The notes beneath the pieces were generated by a model. The model had not been told where the DNA came from. It did no database searches and saw only the letters and a list, made by a program, of their open reading frames with translations. A program made the position numbers and the translations under genes. This document shows, one piece after another, positions 12,649-22,119 of a DNA stretch of 64,000 bases (positions are counted from its first letter, which is position 1; each line of letters starts with the position of its first letter). The DNA comes from an uncultured Gemmatimonadales bacterium (GTDB lineage: Bacteria; Gemmatimonadota; Gemmatimonadetes; Gemmatimonadales; GWC2-71-9), in the NCBI GenBank assembly GCA_963842945.1, contig CAWJIM010000023.1, forward strand, positions 160,001 through 224,000, written 5' to 3'.

Positions 12649-14298
12649 TTAAACACCACCCAGGTCAGCTTGCCCGCCTCGACCGTGACCTGCCGGAACA
12701 CCTTCTTCCCCTCGATCTCGGTGCCGATCGTGTAGGTGCCGATGGGGACGTCGCTCACCGCGAAGTGCTCGCCGTAGAGCGGATGCGGAGTGGGCCTTGT
12801 CGCCGTAGGTCTCGGCGAAGGAGAAGGGCGTTTCCGCCGGCTCTCGCTTGATGATGCCGTAGATCCGCGCCTGGGGCATCGGCTTGCCCTGCGCCGTCGA
12901 AGACCTGCCCCGCCACGATTCCGGTGTTGGGCAGCGGCTCGATCCAGAGCTCGGGATTGGTGGTGTAGGGCGGGAAGCGCTGCAGGGAGTCCACGATCGC
13001 GCCCATCGAGTCGGTGGGCGACGCCGACATCTCCAGGTGAAGATGGTCGTTGGTGGCCCGGCCGGTGTTTCCCACCCGGGAGATCACGGTGCCCTTGGTC
13101 ACCTGCTGGCCCACCTTCACCTCAGCGCGGAGTTGTGGTAGTAGGTGGAGTAGATGCGGTAGCGCTTGCCGTTGGCGGTCACCGTGGTGTCGTGCCGGAT
13201 GGTGACGGTGAGCGCGCCCTGCTCCGCCGGTCCGGCGTAGACCACCTTGCCCGAGCCGATGGCGTGCACCGGCGTCCCGTCGGGATTGTTGAACTCGACG
13301 CCCTGGTGCTGCTGGAAGTTGCCGCCCATGGTGGAGCCGTAGCGGTAGGTCTGGTCGATGAAGCAGTTGTCGGTCGGAGCGATGGGCCGGCGGAACCAGA
13401 TGGTGAGCGGAGTCTGCGGGCGCCGCGATGGTGTCCTGGCCTGCTGCCGGAGACAGGGCAAGCGTATCGGCGTTCGGGCCGGAGGCCGCACGGGCGTGCC
13501 CCGGATCAGCTGCTGCCCGATGAGCAGCGCGTTGGCCGGCGCGAACGCCGCGGCGGTGAGCGGCTCGGCCACCCAGCCGGTCGGGGCCGCGCCGGAGCCG
13601 CTGGCTGCCCCGGAGCGTAGCCACGGTCCAGCCCCGGCGGTCCGCCGCCACCCGGCGGACGTATTCGCTCTTGAGCACCGGGAAAGACGGTGTCGGCCGG
13701 GCCCTTGGCCGGCGGGCCGACGGCATCGCCGATGGCGGTCCAGTTGTGCGCCATCGTTGGTCGTCACCTGGAGGCCGTCGGCCGTGCCGATCACGGTGGT
13801 GTCGCCCCGCACCACGATGCCCGACGGCGCCACGTACTGCCATTCCGGCCCCAGCTGATTGTAGGTCCAGTTCTTCCAGGTGGTCGCCGCCGTCGATCGA
13901 GAGTCCCCAGCCGTTGCCGACGGTGCCGTACCAGATCTGGCCCCGGGCGCCGAAGGCAAACGCCTGGACGAAGTCCCAGGAGATCGAGCTGTGCCGTGCT
14001 GGTGGTGTCGTGGCGAATCGACTCCCAGGCGCTGGCGCCCGCCGGGAGACGGTAGATCCCCTGCCCGTAGGTTCCGACCCAGATGGTGCCCTGCGCGATC
14101 GCGCGCGACGGCGAGCACGTGCACGCCCCAGCCGGTGCTGTCCGGCAGCGGCGGCAGCTTGGCCTGCGCGTCGGCCCGGTGCTGACCGCATAGCGCAGGA
14201 ACATCAGCCGCCGAGAACGCAGACGAACGCAATGCCACTGATGAACACGCGATCGAGACACGGATTGGCTGCACGACTGCGACTTGATGCATTGCCAT
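12649..14298 (-). CDS. Secreted M23-family peptidase with N-terminal beta-propeller-like repeats and C-terminal beta-sandwich (frameshifted; start uncertain)
   Basis: HQGVEFNNPDGTPVHAIGSGKVVYAG, STYYH, VGNTGRATNDHLHLE; N-terminal IWVGTYGQG / IWYGTVGNG repeats. Confidence 0.8.
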
Positions 14299-14362
14299 CT
14301 GCTGAACGCAGACGAGTTACTGCCTTCGTGAACGCATGCAGCATGGATCGAGTCATCTGCGT

Positions 14363-15097
14363 TTATCTGCGTTCATCCGTGGCTAAGCTCTTCCCTGTCG
14401 GGCCCAGACGAAGCCAGTCGATGAGCACGTGAGCCGGCCGGGTGGCGACGAAGAGCGACCGCTTCGGCCACATCCGCCGGGCGCAGCATCGCCGCCCGGG
14501 GAATGAACCCTCCCGGCGATCGGGGTCGAACGGGTCCCAGACCGAGGTGTCGGTGGGGCCGGGAGACACCAGCGTCAGCCTGCACGCCGGTGCCGCGGTA
14601 TTCCTGGCGACCAGCGTCTCGTGCAGCCCGCGGAGACCGTACTTGCTCGCGGCGTAGGCGGCGTTCTCCGGAAAGCCCACGTGGTCGGCCACGCTGCCGA
14701 CGGTGATGAAGCTGCCCCGCCCGAGCGCGCCATGCGCCGGCAGAAACGCCTGGGCCACGTAAACGGGGCCCGCAGGTTGACCGCCAGCTGCCGGTCGAGC
14801 TCCGCCGGCCCGGTGTTCTCCAACCGCCGGAGCAGGAACGCGCCCGCATTGCTCACCACGATATCGGGCGGGCCATACTCGAGTCCATGATCCGCGACGC
14901 CGAGCCGGCTCACCTGGTCCCATCGGTCAGATCGCAGGGCATGATCCTGCACGTCGCCGCTGGTCCGGCGCTCGCAGCGTCCGCGCCACCCGGACGACGC
15001 GCGCGCCTTCGCCGGCCAGCGAGCTCGGCCACGGCGGCGCCGATGCCGCGGGAGGCCCCGGTCACGAGGGCCACGCCGCCCCTGCGAGCCGGCTCAC
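14363..15097 (-). CDS. SDR oxidoreductase, candidate sepiapterin reductase (frameshifted)
   Basis: [11 protein letters not shown], catalytic [13 protein letters not shown]; start overlaps the folE stop. Confidence 0.88.
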
Positions 15098-15718
15098 TCG
15101 GAGAAGCGGCCTCCGTACGCCAGGCGCAGGAACTCGTCCCGGGTCTTGGAGTCGTCCCGGAAGATGCCGCGGAGCGCGCTGGTGACCGTGCGGGAGTTCT
15201 GCTTCTCCACCCCGCGCATCATCATGCAGAAGTGGGCCGCCTCGATCACCACGCCGACGCCGGTGGGCTGCAGCACGTCCATGATGGCGTCGGCGATCTG
15301 GTCGGTCAGCCGCTCCTGCACCTGCAGCCGCCGGGCGAAGACATCCACGATGCGGGCGACCTTGGAGAGCCCGAGGATCTTGCCGTTGGGGATGTAGGCG
15401 ACGTGGGCCCGGCCGAAGAACGGCAGCAGGTGGTGCTCGCAGAGCGAGTAGAGCTCGATGTCGCGCACCATGATCATGCTCTGGTGCTTCTCCTCGAACA
15501 CCGCGTCGCCCACCACCTCCTCGACCGTCATCCAGTAGCCCTGGGTGAGAAAGCGGAGCGAGGCCTCGACCCGCTCCGGCGTCTTGAGCAGCCCCTCGCG
15601 TCCCGGATCCTCTCCCAGCGCGGCCAGGATCTCCCGGACCTTGTCGGCGAACGGCTCTGGGAGGGCCTCGGATGGGTCCCGGGTCGCTCGGCCGTCGGCA
15701 CGGTCTAGGCGCCTTCAT
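15094..15718 (-). CDS. folE: GTP cyclohydrolase I (frameshifted near the 5' end)
   Basis: [42 protein letters not shown]. Confidence 0.96.
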
Positions 15719-16120
15719 AGTCGACATAGTTCCTCGGGGTCTCCCAGAGGCGGAGCGCGCAGGCGCCAGCTCGGCCGGCAGCGCCGGCGCGAGCTCGCGC
15801 CAGCAGACCAGCGCGATGTTCTCGGAGGTGGGATTCAGGATCTCGAACCAGGGCACGTCGAGATTCAGGTTCTTGTGATCCAGGTGCCGGAGCAGCCGCT
15901 CCTGGGCCAGCTCCTTCAGCTTGTTGAGGTCCATCACATAGCCGGTCTCGGGATTGATCTCGCCCTCGACGGTCAGCTCCAGCTCGTAGTTGTGGCCGTG
16001 GAAGTTCGGGTTGCTGCACTCCCCGAACGTCTCCCGGTTCCACTCGTCGGAGAACCGGGGATTGTGCAGGCGGTGGGCGGCGTTGAAGTGCACGCGGCGG
16101 GTGACGGCGCAGCGGGGCAT
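15705..16120 (-). CDS. 6-pyruvoyl-tetrahydropterin synthase family protein, PTPS-II type
   Basis: [18 protein letters not shown] (CX5HGH), [23 protein letters not shown]. Confidence 0.9.
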
Positions 16121-16126
16121 GTTAGC

Positions 16127-16258
16127 GAGAGCTGGAGCTATGAGTCTGGAGCTCAGGAGCTGGGAGCTGGGAGCGTGGCAGTGAAGCGCCATGAGAACGA
16201 AACTACTCGGTCCACGGAGTCAGCTCCTAGCTCCCGACTCCCGAGCTCCCGACTCCCA
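16127..16258. repeat. Inverted heptamer arrays (GGAGCTG / CAGCTCC-like)
   Basis: ggagctc aggagct gggagct gggagc ... cagctcc tagctcc cgactcc cgagctcc cgactcc. Confidence 0.85.
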
Positions 16259-16261
16259 AAC

Positions 16262-16285
16262 AAAACGCCGACCCGAAGATCGGCG
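16262..16285 (-). terminator. Intrinsic terminator
   Basis: Minus strand CGCCGAUC-UUCG-GGUCGGCG followed by UUUU. Confidence 0.85.
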
Positions 16286-16287
16286 CA

Positions 16288-16450
16288 GAGTGGAACGGCA
16301 GCGGAAGGATTATTGAAGCCCAATGAGAAAGCTTGGCGCCCTCACCATAACGTCTGTCTTCCCCCGAGGGGCATGACATCAGCCACAGCATTCGGGCCCT
16401 TCATCGGACCTGTTGGCTCAATAACGTGGCTCCCCGCTACCGCCCACTCC
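16288..16450 (-). ncRNA. ssrS: 6S RNA-like long hairpin RNA
   Basis: About 163 nt; 5' and 3' ends pair (GAGUGG/CCACUC, GCGGUAGCGG/CCGCUGCCGU, GUUAUUGA/UCAAUAAU); internal unpaired region and apical hairpin; flanked by promoter and terminator. Confidence 0.75.
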
Positions 16451-16455
16451 GATGT

Positions 16456-16483
16456 AAAATAGGACTGCACTCTGCACGGTCAA
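16456..16483 (-). promoter_or_regulatory. Sigma70-type promoter for the 6S-like RNA
   Basis: TTGACC-N16-TATTTT, with predicted +1 G at 16450. Confidence 0.65.
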
Positions 16484-16510
16484 CCGACACACCACCGAGG
16501 TGATACGTCC

Positions 16511-16663
16511 ATGCTCGCCACGCTTCTGCTGGCCCTCGCGTCTCTCGTCGCCTGGGCGGTGCTCACCTTCGGCCTGGGCCCCCAGCCCGGCGTCGTCCAC
16601 CTGCTGCTCGCCCTCGGCACCACCTCCTGGTGCGCTGGTGGGCCCTCCGAACCTAGCCTGTAG
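16511..16663 (+). CDS. Small two-helix membrane protein, resembles lmo0937/DUF5670 family (absent from the ORF track)
   Basis: MLATLLLALASLVAWAVLTFGLGPQPGVVHLLLALGTT; a likely frameshift would give ..LLVRWWALRT. Confidence 0.6.
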   Translation: MLATLLLALASLVAWAVLTFGLGPQPGVVHLLLALGTTSWCAGGPSEPSL

Positions 16664-17013
16664 CATTTTGGGAAGTCGTGTTGACGAATCACTACACGGA
16701 TTGAGGACTTTCGGACCTCGACCCGACCTTCACGGACCCGAGGTATTCCCTTGCCCGCCAAGCTCTTGCGGCAGCAGGTCCCGAGGCAATACTTAGGGAA
16801 GGTGATGGGCACAAATAGTGCTTCCCACCGCCGTTCTCGACGCCCCCACTTGTCAGCTCTGCCGGGATGGTGCGCTTGGAACTCCGCGGTTCGCTCAAGG
16901 CCTTCGCATGATGCGCTGGATGGAGTCTCTGGTCGAGCGAGCCGGCGCGGGCGGCCTCCCTACCATCCAGAGGCTCTGGGCCTTCGACCGGCAAGGACCA
17001 GAGCGGCGTTGGG

Positions 17014-17664
17014 GTGGGCGAGCGCGATTACCTGCCGCGCCGCGGCCTGAACGTTCTGGTAGCGCTGATCGCACTGATCCTGCTCTTCCCTCTGCTCCTG
17101 ATGATTGCCCTGCTGGTCTGGCTCACCTCGCCGGGCCCGATTCTCTACACCCAGGTCCGGGTGGGTCTCGACCGCCGACTGCCGGTGGACGCCAACCAGA
17201 ACCAGCGGCGTGAGCGGGACATCGGCGGCAAGCCCTTCACGATTTACAAGTTCCGCACCATGCGGGTGGACGCCGAGCATCAGAGCGGCGCGGTCTGGGC
17301 CCAGCAGCGCGATCCGCGGGTCACCTCGATCGGCCGGCTCCTGCGCCAGTACCGCCTGGACGAGCTGCCCCAGCTGATCAACGTGCTCAAGGGCGAGATG
17401 AACATCGTGGGTCCCCGCCCGGAGCGGCCCACCATCTTCGCCGAGCTGCGGGAGCACATCGCCGAGTACCCGCTGCGGCAGCGGGCCCGGCCGGGAATCA
17501 CCGGGCTGGCTCAGATCAATCACCACTACGACCGCTCGCTGGACGATGTGCGCACCAAGGTGCGCTACGACCTCGAGTACCTGCAGCGCCAGTCGGCGGC
17601 CGAAGACTTCCGCATCATGCTGAAGACCCTCCCCGTGATACTCCGCCGTCGCGGCGGCTGGTAA
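17014..17664 (+). CDS. Priming sugar (phosphoglycosyl) transferase, Bac_transf family; N-terminus may extend upstream
   Basis: [56 protein letters not shown]. Confidence 0.95.
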   Translation: MGERDYLPRRGLNVLVALIALILLFPLLLMIALLVWLTSPGPILYTQVRVGLDRRLPVDANQNQRRERDIGGKPFTIYKFRTMRVDAEHQSGAVWAQQRDPRVTSIGRLLRQYRLDELPQLINVLKGEMNIVGPRPERPTIFAELREHIAEYPLRQRARPGITGLAQINHHYDRSLDDVRTKVRYDLEYLQRQSAAEDFRIMLKTLPVILRRRGGW

Positions 17665-17766
17665 GTCCGGCCTCGCAACCAATCCCTACAACTGTTAGAG
17701 TTCCCCGGCCATTGAGCTCGGCGCACCCTTTATGCCCGGGCCGTCCGACGTCTACCCGAGGCTGTG

Positions 17767-19302
17767 ATGGAGCTGGCGGAATCTCGCACTGTGGAGCGAA
17801 GCACCAGCCGGAGCGCGACCCTGCTGCTCGGCGCGCTGGTGCTGTTCGGATTCGTGCTGCGCTTCTGGCGCCTGGGGAACTGGAGCTTCGAGAGCGATGA
17901 GGTCTTCATGCTCCGGGATTCGCTCCATCCCGCGATCCGAAACCCGAGGCCGCTGCTCTACTTCCTGAACCATTACGTGATTGCACCGTTCATCCCCCTC
18001 GACGAGTTCGGGCTCAGGCTCCTGCCTGCACTGTTCGGGGCGTTGGCCATTCCGGCGTTCTACGCAGTGAGCCGGCGTCTGGTGGGGACTCGATCCGCGC
18101 TGTTCGCCACCTTCCTGCTGACCGTCAGTCCCCTGCTGGTGATTTTCTCCCAGTTTGCCCGCTACTGGTCGCTCGTCTTCCTGCTTTGCGCGGTGTATCC
18201 CTACGCGCTCTACCTGGGCGTAAGAGAGCGGGACCGGCGGATGCTGATCCTGGGCCTGGTGACGCTGGTGCTGGCTTGCCTGGCCCATCCCGCATCGGCG
18301 CTGTTGCTTGGCGGGCCGGGCGTCTGGCTCGCGTTCACCTATCTGCGTCCCACCTACATCCGGCGGGCCTGGGATCAGAAGGTCGTGCGCTGGGGGATCA
18401 TTGCCGGGCTGGTCGTGGCCATGATCATCGCGATGCGCTTCGTTCCTATCCTGCTGCGCTGGGTGTCACTGCACGATACCAAGGGACCGTTCGGGCAGTA
18501 TCTGTTGGGTCCCAAGCTGGCTCCCGGGCTCAAGCAGCTCAAATACCTGCTGGCGTACGCCGAGGGTCTGACTCTCACGGTCACCGTGACCGGAGCGGTG
18601 GGCGTGTATATCCTGGCTAAGAGAGGCGACCGAGCGCTGGCCGCCTACCTCGCCAGCGTGGCGCTCTTTCCCATAATCTTTCTGACACTGGTGTCGCTCC
18701 GAACGCCGGTATCCACCTATTATCTGCTCCCCACCACGCCGGTGTTCTTCATCGGGGCGGGCGTGTTTCTGAGCCGGATATTGGAGATGGACTGGGGACT
18801 GCGGGCCCGGTGGCTGATGCCGGCCACCGTGCTGCTGCTGATCCTCCACGCGGGCACGCCGACACTGATCTCCCAGTACCGCAACGGCCGGCGCTATGAC
18901 TTCCGGGCCGCGGCGCGCTGGCTGGAGAAGCGACTCAAGCCCAACGACGTGGTCTTCTCCGACCAGCCGGAGGCGATGGGCTACTATTTGCCCAAGAAGG
19001 GTGTGCAGCAGCTCAGGTTCAACACCGAGCCGCTTAAGGATTCGCTGCAGGCCATGCGCCGCGATGGCCGGGAGGGGACACTCTGGATCGTTGCTCCGGC
19101 GCCGGCCCACGCTTTTCGCACCAATCTGAGGCAGGGCGGCCTGGCCACGTGGATGTACGGCAATTGCCAGCTGCGGAATTCGCTGGGAGCCGGGCGGCTC
19201 GATTTCCGGCAACAGTACCTGCAGATCTACCGGTGCCCACCCGAGGTCCCCAGTATGGCAGACCCACCTTCGGTCTCGAGGGTCAAGCCCTCAGCGCGAT
19301 AG
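17767..19302 (+). CDS. Multi-pass membrane glycosyltransferase (GT-C fold, PMT/GT39-like)
   Basis: LRFWRLGNWSFESDE loop, LRLLPALFG, SQFARYWSL, many TM helices. Confidence 0.8.
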   Translation: MELAESRTVERSTSRSATLLLGALVLFGFVLRFWRLGNWSFESDEVFMLRDSLHPAIRNPRPLLYFLNHYVIAPFIPLDEFGLRLLPALFGALAIPAFYAVSRRLVGTRSALFATFLLTVSPLLVIFSQFARYWSLVFLLCAVYPYALYLGVRERDRRMLILGLVTLVLACLAHPASALLLGGPGVWLAFTYLRPTYIRRAWDQKVVRWGIIAGLVVAMIIAMRFVPILLRWVSLHDTKGPFGQYLLGPKLAPGLKQLKYLLAYAEGLTLTVTVTGAVGVYILAKRGDRALAAYLASVALFPIIFLTLVSLRTPVSTYYLLPTTPVFFIGAGVFLSRILEMDWGLRARWLMPATVLLLILHAGTPTLISQYRNGRRYDFRAAARWLEKRLKPNDVVFSDQPEAMGYYLPKKGVQQLRFNTEPLKDSLQAMRRDGREGTLWIVAPAPAHAFRTNLRQGGLATWMYGNCQLRNSLGAGRLDFRQQYLQIYRCPPEVPSMADPPSVSRVKPSAR

Positions 19303-20493
19303 TGTAGGGGCGAGCTTCAGTCCCTTCCGGGCCGACACCTGACGGTACAGATCCTCCCATCGCTCGACCACTCGGCCCAATCCGTAGTGCACCCGGACGT
19401 GCTCTCGCCCGCGCTCGCCCATGGCTCGGCGCTCCTCCGGCGCCTGCTGCATCAGCCGCAACATGGCCTGTCCCAGAGCCTCGTGGTCTCGGGGGGGGAC
19501 CAGATATCCGCTCTCGCCGTCGCGCACCACCTCGTGGTTTCCTCCCACCCGGGTGGCCACGATTGGGAGACCGGCGGCGGCCGCCTCGAGCAGCGCGATC
19601 GGCATCCCCTCCCAGGCGGAGGACATGATGTAGCCGTCGGCCGAGGCCATGACCTCCGGCACGTCGGAGCGGATGCCGAGGAAACGGACCCGATCGCCCA
19701 GGCCCAACGACTGGGAGAGCGACTCAGTCTCCTCCTGCAAGGAGCCGTGCCCAACCAGGAGCAGCACCGCGCTCGACTCGCGCTGACGCACCTGGGCAAA
19801 GGCATGAAGCATGTTGGGATAGTCCTTGGCGATCTCGAAGCGCCCGACCGCGAGCCAGACAAACTCGTGATCCTTGACGCCGATCGAGGATCGCAGCGCC
19901 TCACGCGTTCCCGGCGCCACCTGCCGGAATCGCTCGGTGTCGACGCCGTTGGGGACGCAGGTGAGCAGCTCCCGGGGGACGATGCGCTCGTTGACAAACC
20001 GGTCGGCCGCCGCCTCACTGATGATGGTCATGTGGTCCACCAGCCCATTACTGATCCGATAGGCCGCCATCCAGAGTGGGCCGCCCTCGTAGATATTGTG
20101 AATGGTGGAGACCATGACCGGAATGGGGGCAAAGAGCCGGGCCACCCGCGCCATGAGATTGGCGTGGACCATGTGGCTGTGCAGCACATCCGGCTTCCAG
20201 GCCCGCACCAGCCGGATGAGGCGAATCAGGCCTCGTGGGTCGGGAACACCGCGGCGCATGTCCAGGCTCTCGGTGCGGATCCCCTGGCCTCTTGCCTCGA
20301 GGCCCATGGGTCCGAGCTCGGTGAGCGACACGATGCATACGTCGTGTCCCTGAGCGTGCATCAGCTGTGCGGCGGAGAGCAGTTGCTTGTCCGCTCCGCC
20401 CATGCCCATGCTGGTGGAGAGAAACATCACGCGCATGGCTGGCGGCTTAGCAGTCCCATTGTGTTCGTCGCCTGACCCGGGCATACTCAACAT
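19291..20493 (-). CDS. Glycosyltransferase family 4
   Basis: GGADKQL, VPNGVD, KDYPNML, SSAWEGMPIALLEA. Confidence 0.93.
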   Translation of the reverse strand: MLSMPGSGDEHNGTAKPPAMRVMFLSTSMGMGGADKQLLSAAQLMHAQGHDVCIVSLTELGPMGLEARGQGIRTESLDMRRGVPDPRGLIRLIRLVRAWKPDVLHSHMVHANLMARVARLFAPIPVMVSTIHNIYEGGPLWMAAYRISNGLVDHMTIISEAAADRFVNERIVPRELLTCVPNGVDTERFRQVAPGTREALRSSIGVKDHEFVWLAVGRFEIAKDYPNMLHAFAQVRQRESSAVLLLVGHGSLQEETESLSQSLGLGDRVRFLGIRSDVPEVMASADGYIMSSAWEGMPIALLEAAAAGLPIVATRVGGNHEVVRDGESGYLVPPRDHEALGQAMLRLMQQAPEERRAMGERGREHVRVHYGLGRVVERWEDLYRQVSARKGLKLAPTLSR

Positions 20494-20532
20494 CCACCGG
20501 ATGACCTGGTTGATCCCACTCCACTCGACTTC

Positions 20533-21303
20533 ATGCCAGCAACGCTCCGACGTTTTATAGACCTGAACCGTCGGGTTTCCCGCTGGGAACGCTCTCTGGT
20601 TTCCCGGCTGGTTCCCGGCTGCGCCGCCGACGGCACCGTGGATTTTCGCGACCGGGTGCTTCCCAGCCTCATCCGGCCCGGCATGCGCCTGCTCGACGTG
20701 GGCGGCGGGAAGGAGCCGGCGATCTCACCCGCCATGAAGCAGCGATACGGGTTGCGGATTACCGGCCTCGACGTCTCCGCCAACGAGCTGGAGCAGGCGC
20801 CGGCCGGCTCCTTCGACCAGACCATCGTGGGGGACGTGGCCACCGTCAGCATTCCCGGCAGCTATGATCTGATCTTTTCCCGCGCCGTGCTGGAGCACGT
20901 GGCTAACCCTCGCGCGGCCGTTGCCAATCTTGCCCGCGTGCTCGCGCCGGGCGGCACCATGGCGCACTTCATGCCCTGCGGCAACGCGCCCTTTGCGGTG
21001 CTGAATCGCTGGCTGGGGAACAAGGCCGCTCGGCGCCTGCTCTTCAGCATTTTCCCGGAGAAGGAAAAGGGAAGCGGATTCCTGGCCTATTACCGGGAAT
21101 GCACCCCCAGCCGGCTGCTCCGGATCTGCCAGGAAAACGGCCTGGAGCTGGACCGGATCTATCCCTACTACAACTCGGACTACACCTCGTTCTTTGCCCC
21201 GGCGTATACCCTCGAAACCATTCGCCAGGCGCTGATGTGCACCCTGCGTCTGAGCGACTTTGCCGAGTCGTTTGCCGTGGTGGTTCGCAAGCCCTCAGGT
21301 TAG
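20533..21303 (+). CDS. Class I SAM-dependent methyltransferase
   Basis: LLDVGGG, GLDVS, YDLIFSRAVLEHV, LAPGG. Confidence 0.9.
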   Translation: MPATLRRFIDLNRRVSRWERSLVSRLVPGCAADGTVDFRDRVLPSLIRPGMRLLDVGGGKEPAISPAMKQRYGLRITGLDVSANELEQAPAGSFDQTIVGDVATVSIPGSYDLIFSRAVLEHVANPRAAVANLARVLAPGGTMAHFMPCGNAPFAVLNRWLGNKAARRLLFSIFPEKEKGSGFLAYYRECTPSRLLRICQENGLELDRIYPYYNSDYTSFFAPAYTLETIRQALMCTLRLSDFAESFAVVVRKPSG

Positions 21304-22119
21304 GTCTCGCTCCTCCGACCCGCCCAGGGTGCGGCGGAGCACTCGCTTCAGCGGCGTAGGACAATAGGCGTAGCCATATCGCCCCAGGGCGAACAGGTAC
21401 ATCCAGGGCGGCAGCTTGAGCTCGCGGACAACCTTTGCCTGCACCTTGGCCAGCGCTCGCTGGCGGTCCACATACTTGAACGACCGGTGGAAGAAGCTGG
21501 TGGAGTGCACGTAGTGCTCTCCCAGAAGCTCGGGCACATTGGCAAAGCGCCACCCCAGCTTGGCCGCCTTGAGCCAGAGAAGCTGGTCCTCCAGGTCGGC
21601 TACCTCGGGGTAGCCGCCTGCCTCGGTCCACACCCGCTTCCGAAACATCGCAATGGTATTGGCCATGGGGATTGCTCGGGCCATGGCCGGAATGATCTCC
21701 TCGTGCTGGCTGGGCGGCATGCGGACGTAGCGCTCGTTCCGGTTCTGATCGATCACGAGATAGTGTCCCCCGACGACGCCGACCCTGGGGTTGGCATCGA
21801 GCACGGCGACCTGGAGCCGGAGCCGGTCAGGGTAGCTGCGGTCATCGAAGTCCTGCCGAGCGACGTACTCACTCCGTGCCTGGTTGACTCCGAAGTTGGC
21901 TGCTCCGGTGATGCCGAGCCGTCCGGGTGAGAAGACTCGCACCCGGGAATCGCGGCGCTCGAGATCCCGGAGGATCTCCTCGGTCTTGTCCTGAGAGCCA
22001 TCGTTCACCAGCACCCACTCGAAGTCGGTCAAAGTCTGGTTCAGGATTCCCGGGATGGCGCGATCAACATACGGCTCGCCGTTGTACACGGTGGTTACTA
22101 CGCTCACCCGCGGAGTCAT
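21295..22119 (-). CDS. Glycosyltransferase family 2
   Basis: VSVVTTVYNGE, VNDGSQD, ARQDFDD, LED. Confidence 0.92.
   Translation of the reverse strand: MTPRVSVVTTVYNGEPYVDRAIPGILNQTLTDFEWVLVNDGSQDKTEEILRDLERRDSRVRVFSPGRLGITGAANFGVNQARSEYVARQDFDDRSYPDRLRLQVAVLDANPRVGVVGGHYLVIDQNRNERYVRMPPSQHEEIIPAMARAIPMANTIAMFRKRVWTEAGGYPEVADLEDQLLWLKAAKLGWRFANVPELLGEHYVHSTSFFHRSFKYVDRQRALAKVQAKVVRELKLPPWMYLFALGRYGYAYCPTPLKRVLRRTLGGSEERDLT

Noticed and set aside
15705..16120. queD / queuosine or 7-deazaguanine DNA-modification cluster
   Set aside because: The motif is CX5HGH, not CX3HGH, and no queC, queE, queF, tgt or dpdA is present.
15062..16192. Apparent PTPS-FolE fusion ORF
   Set aside because: After the PTPS part the frame reads nonsense; folE motifs are in another frame with their own start.
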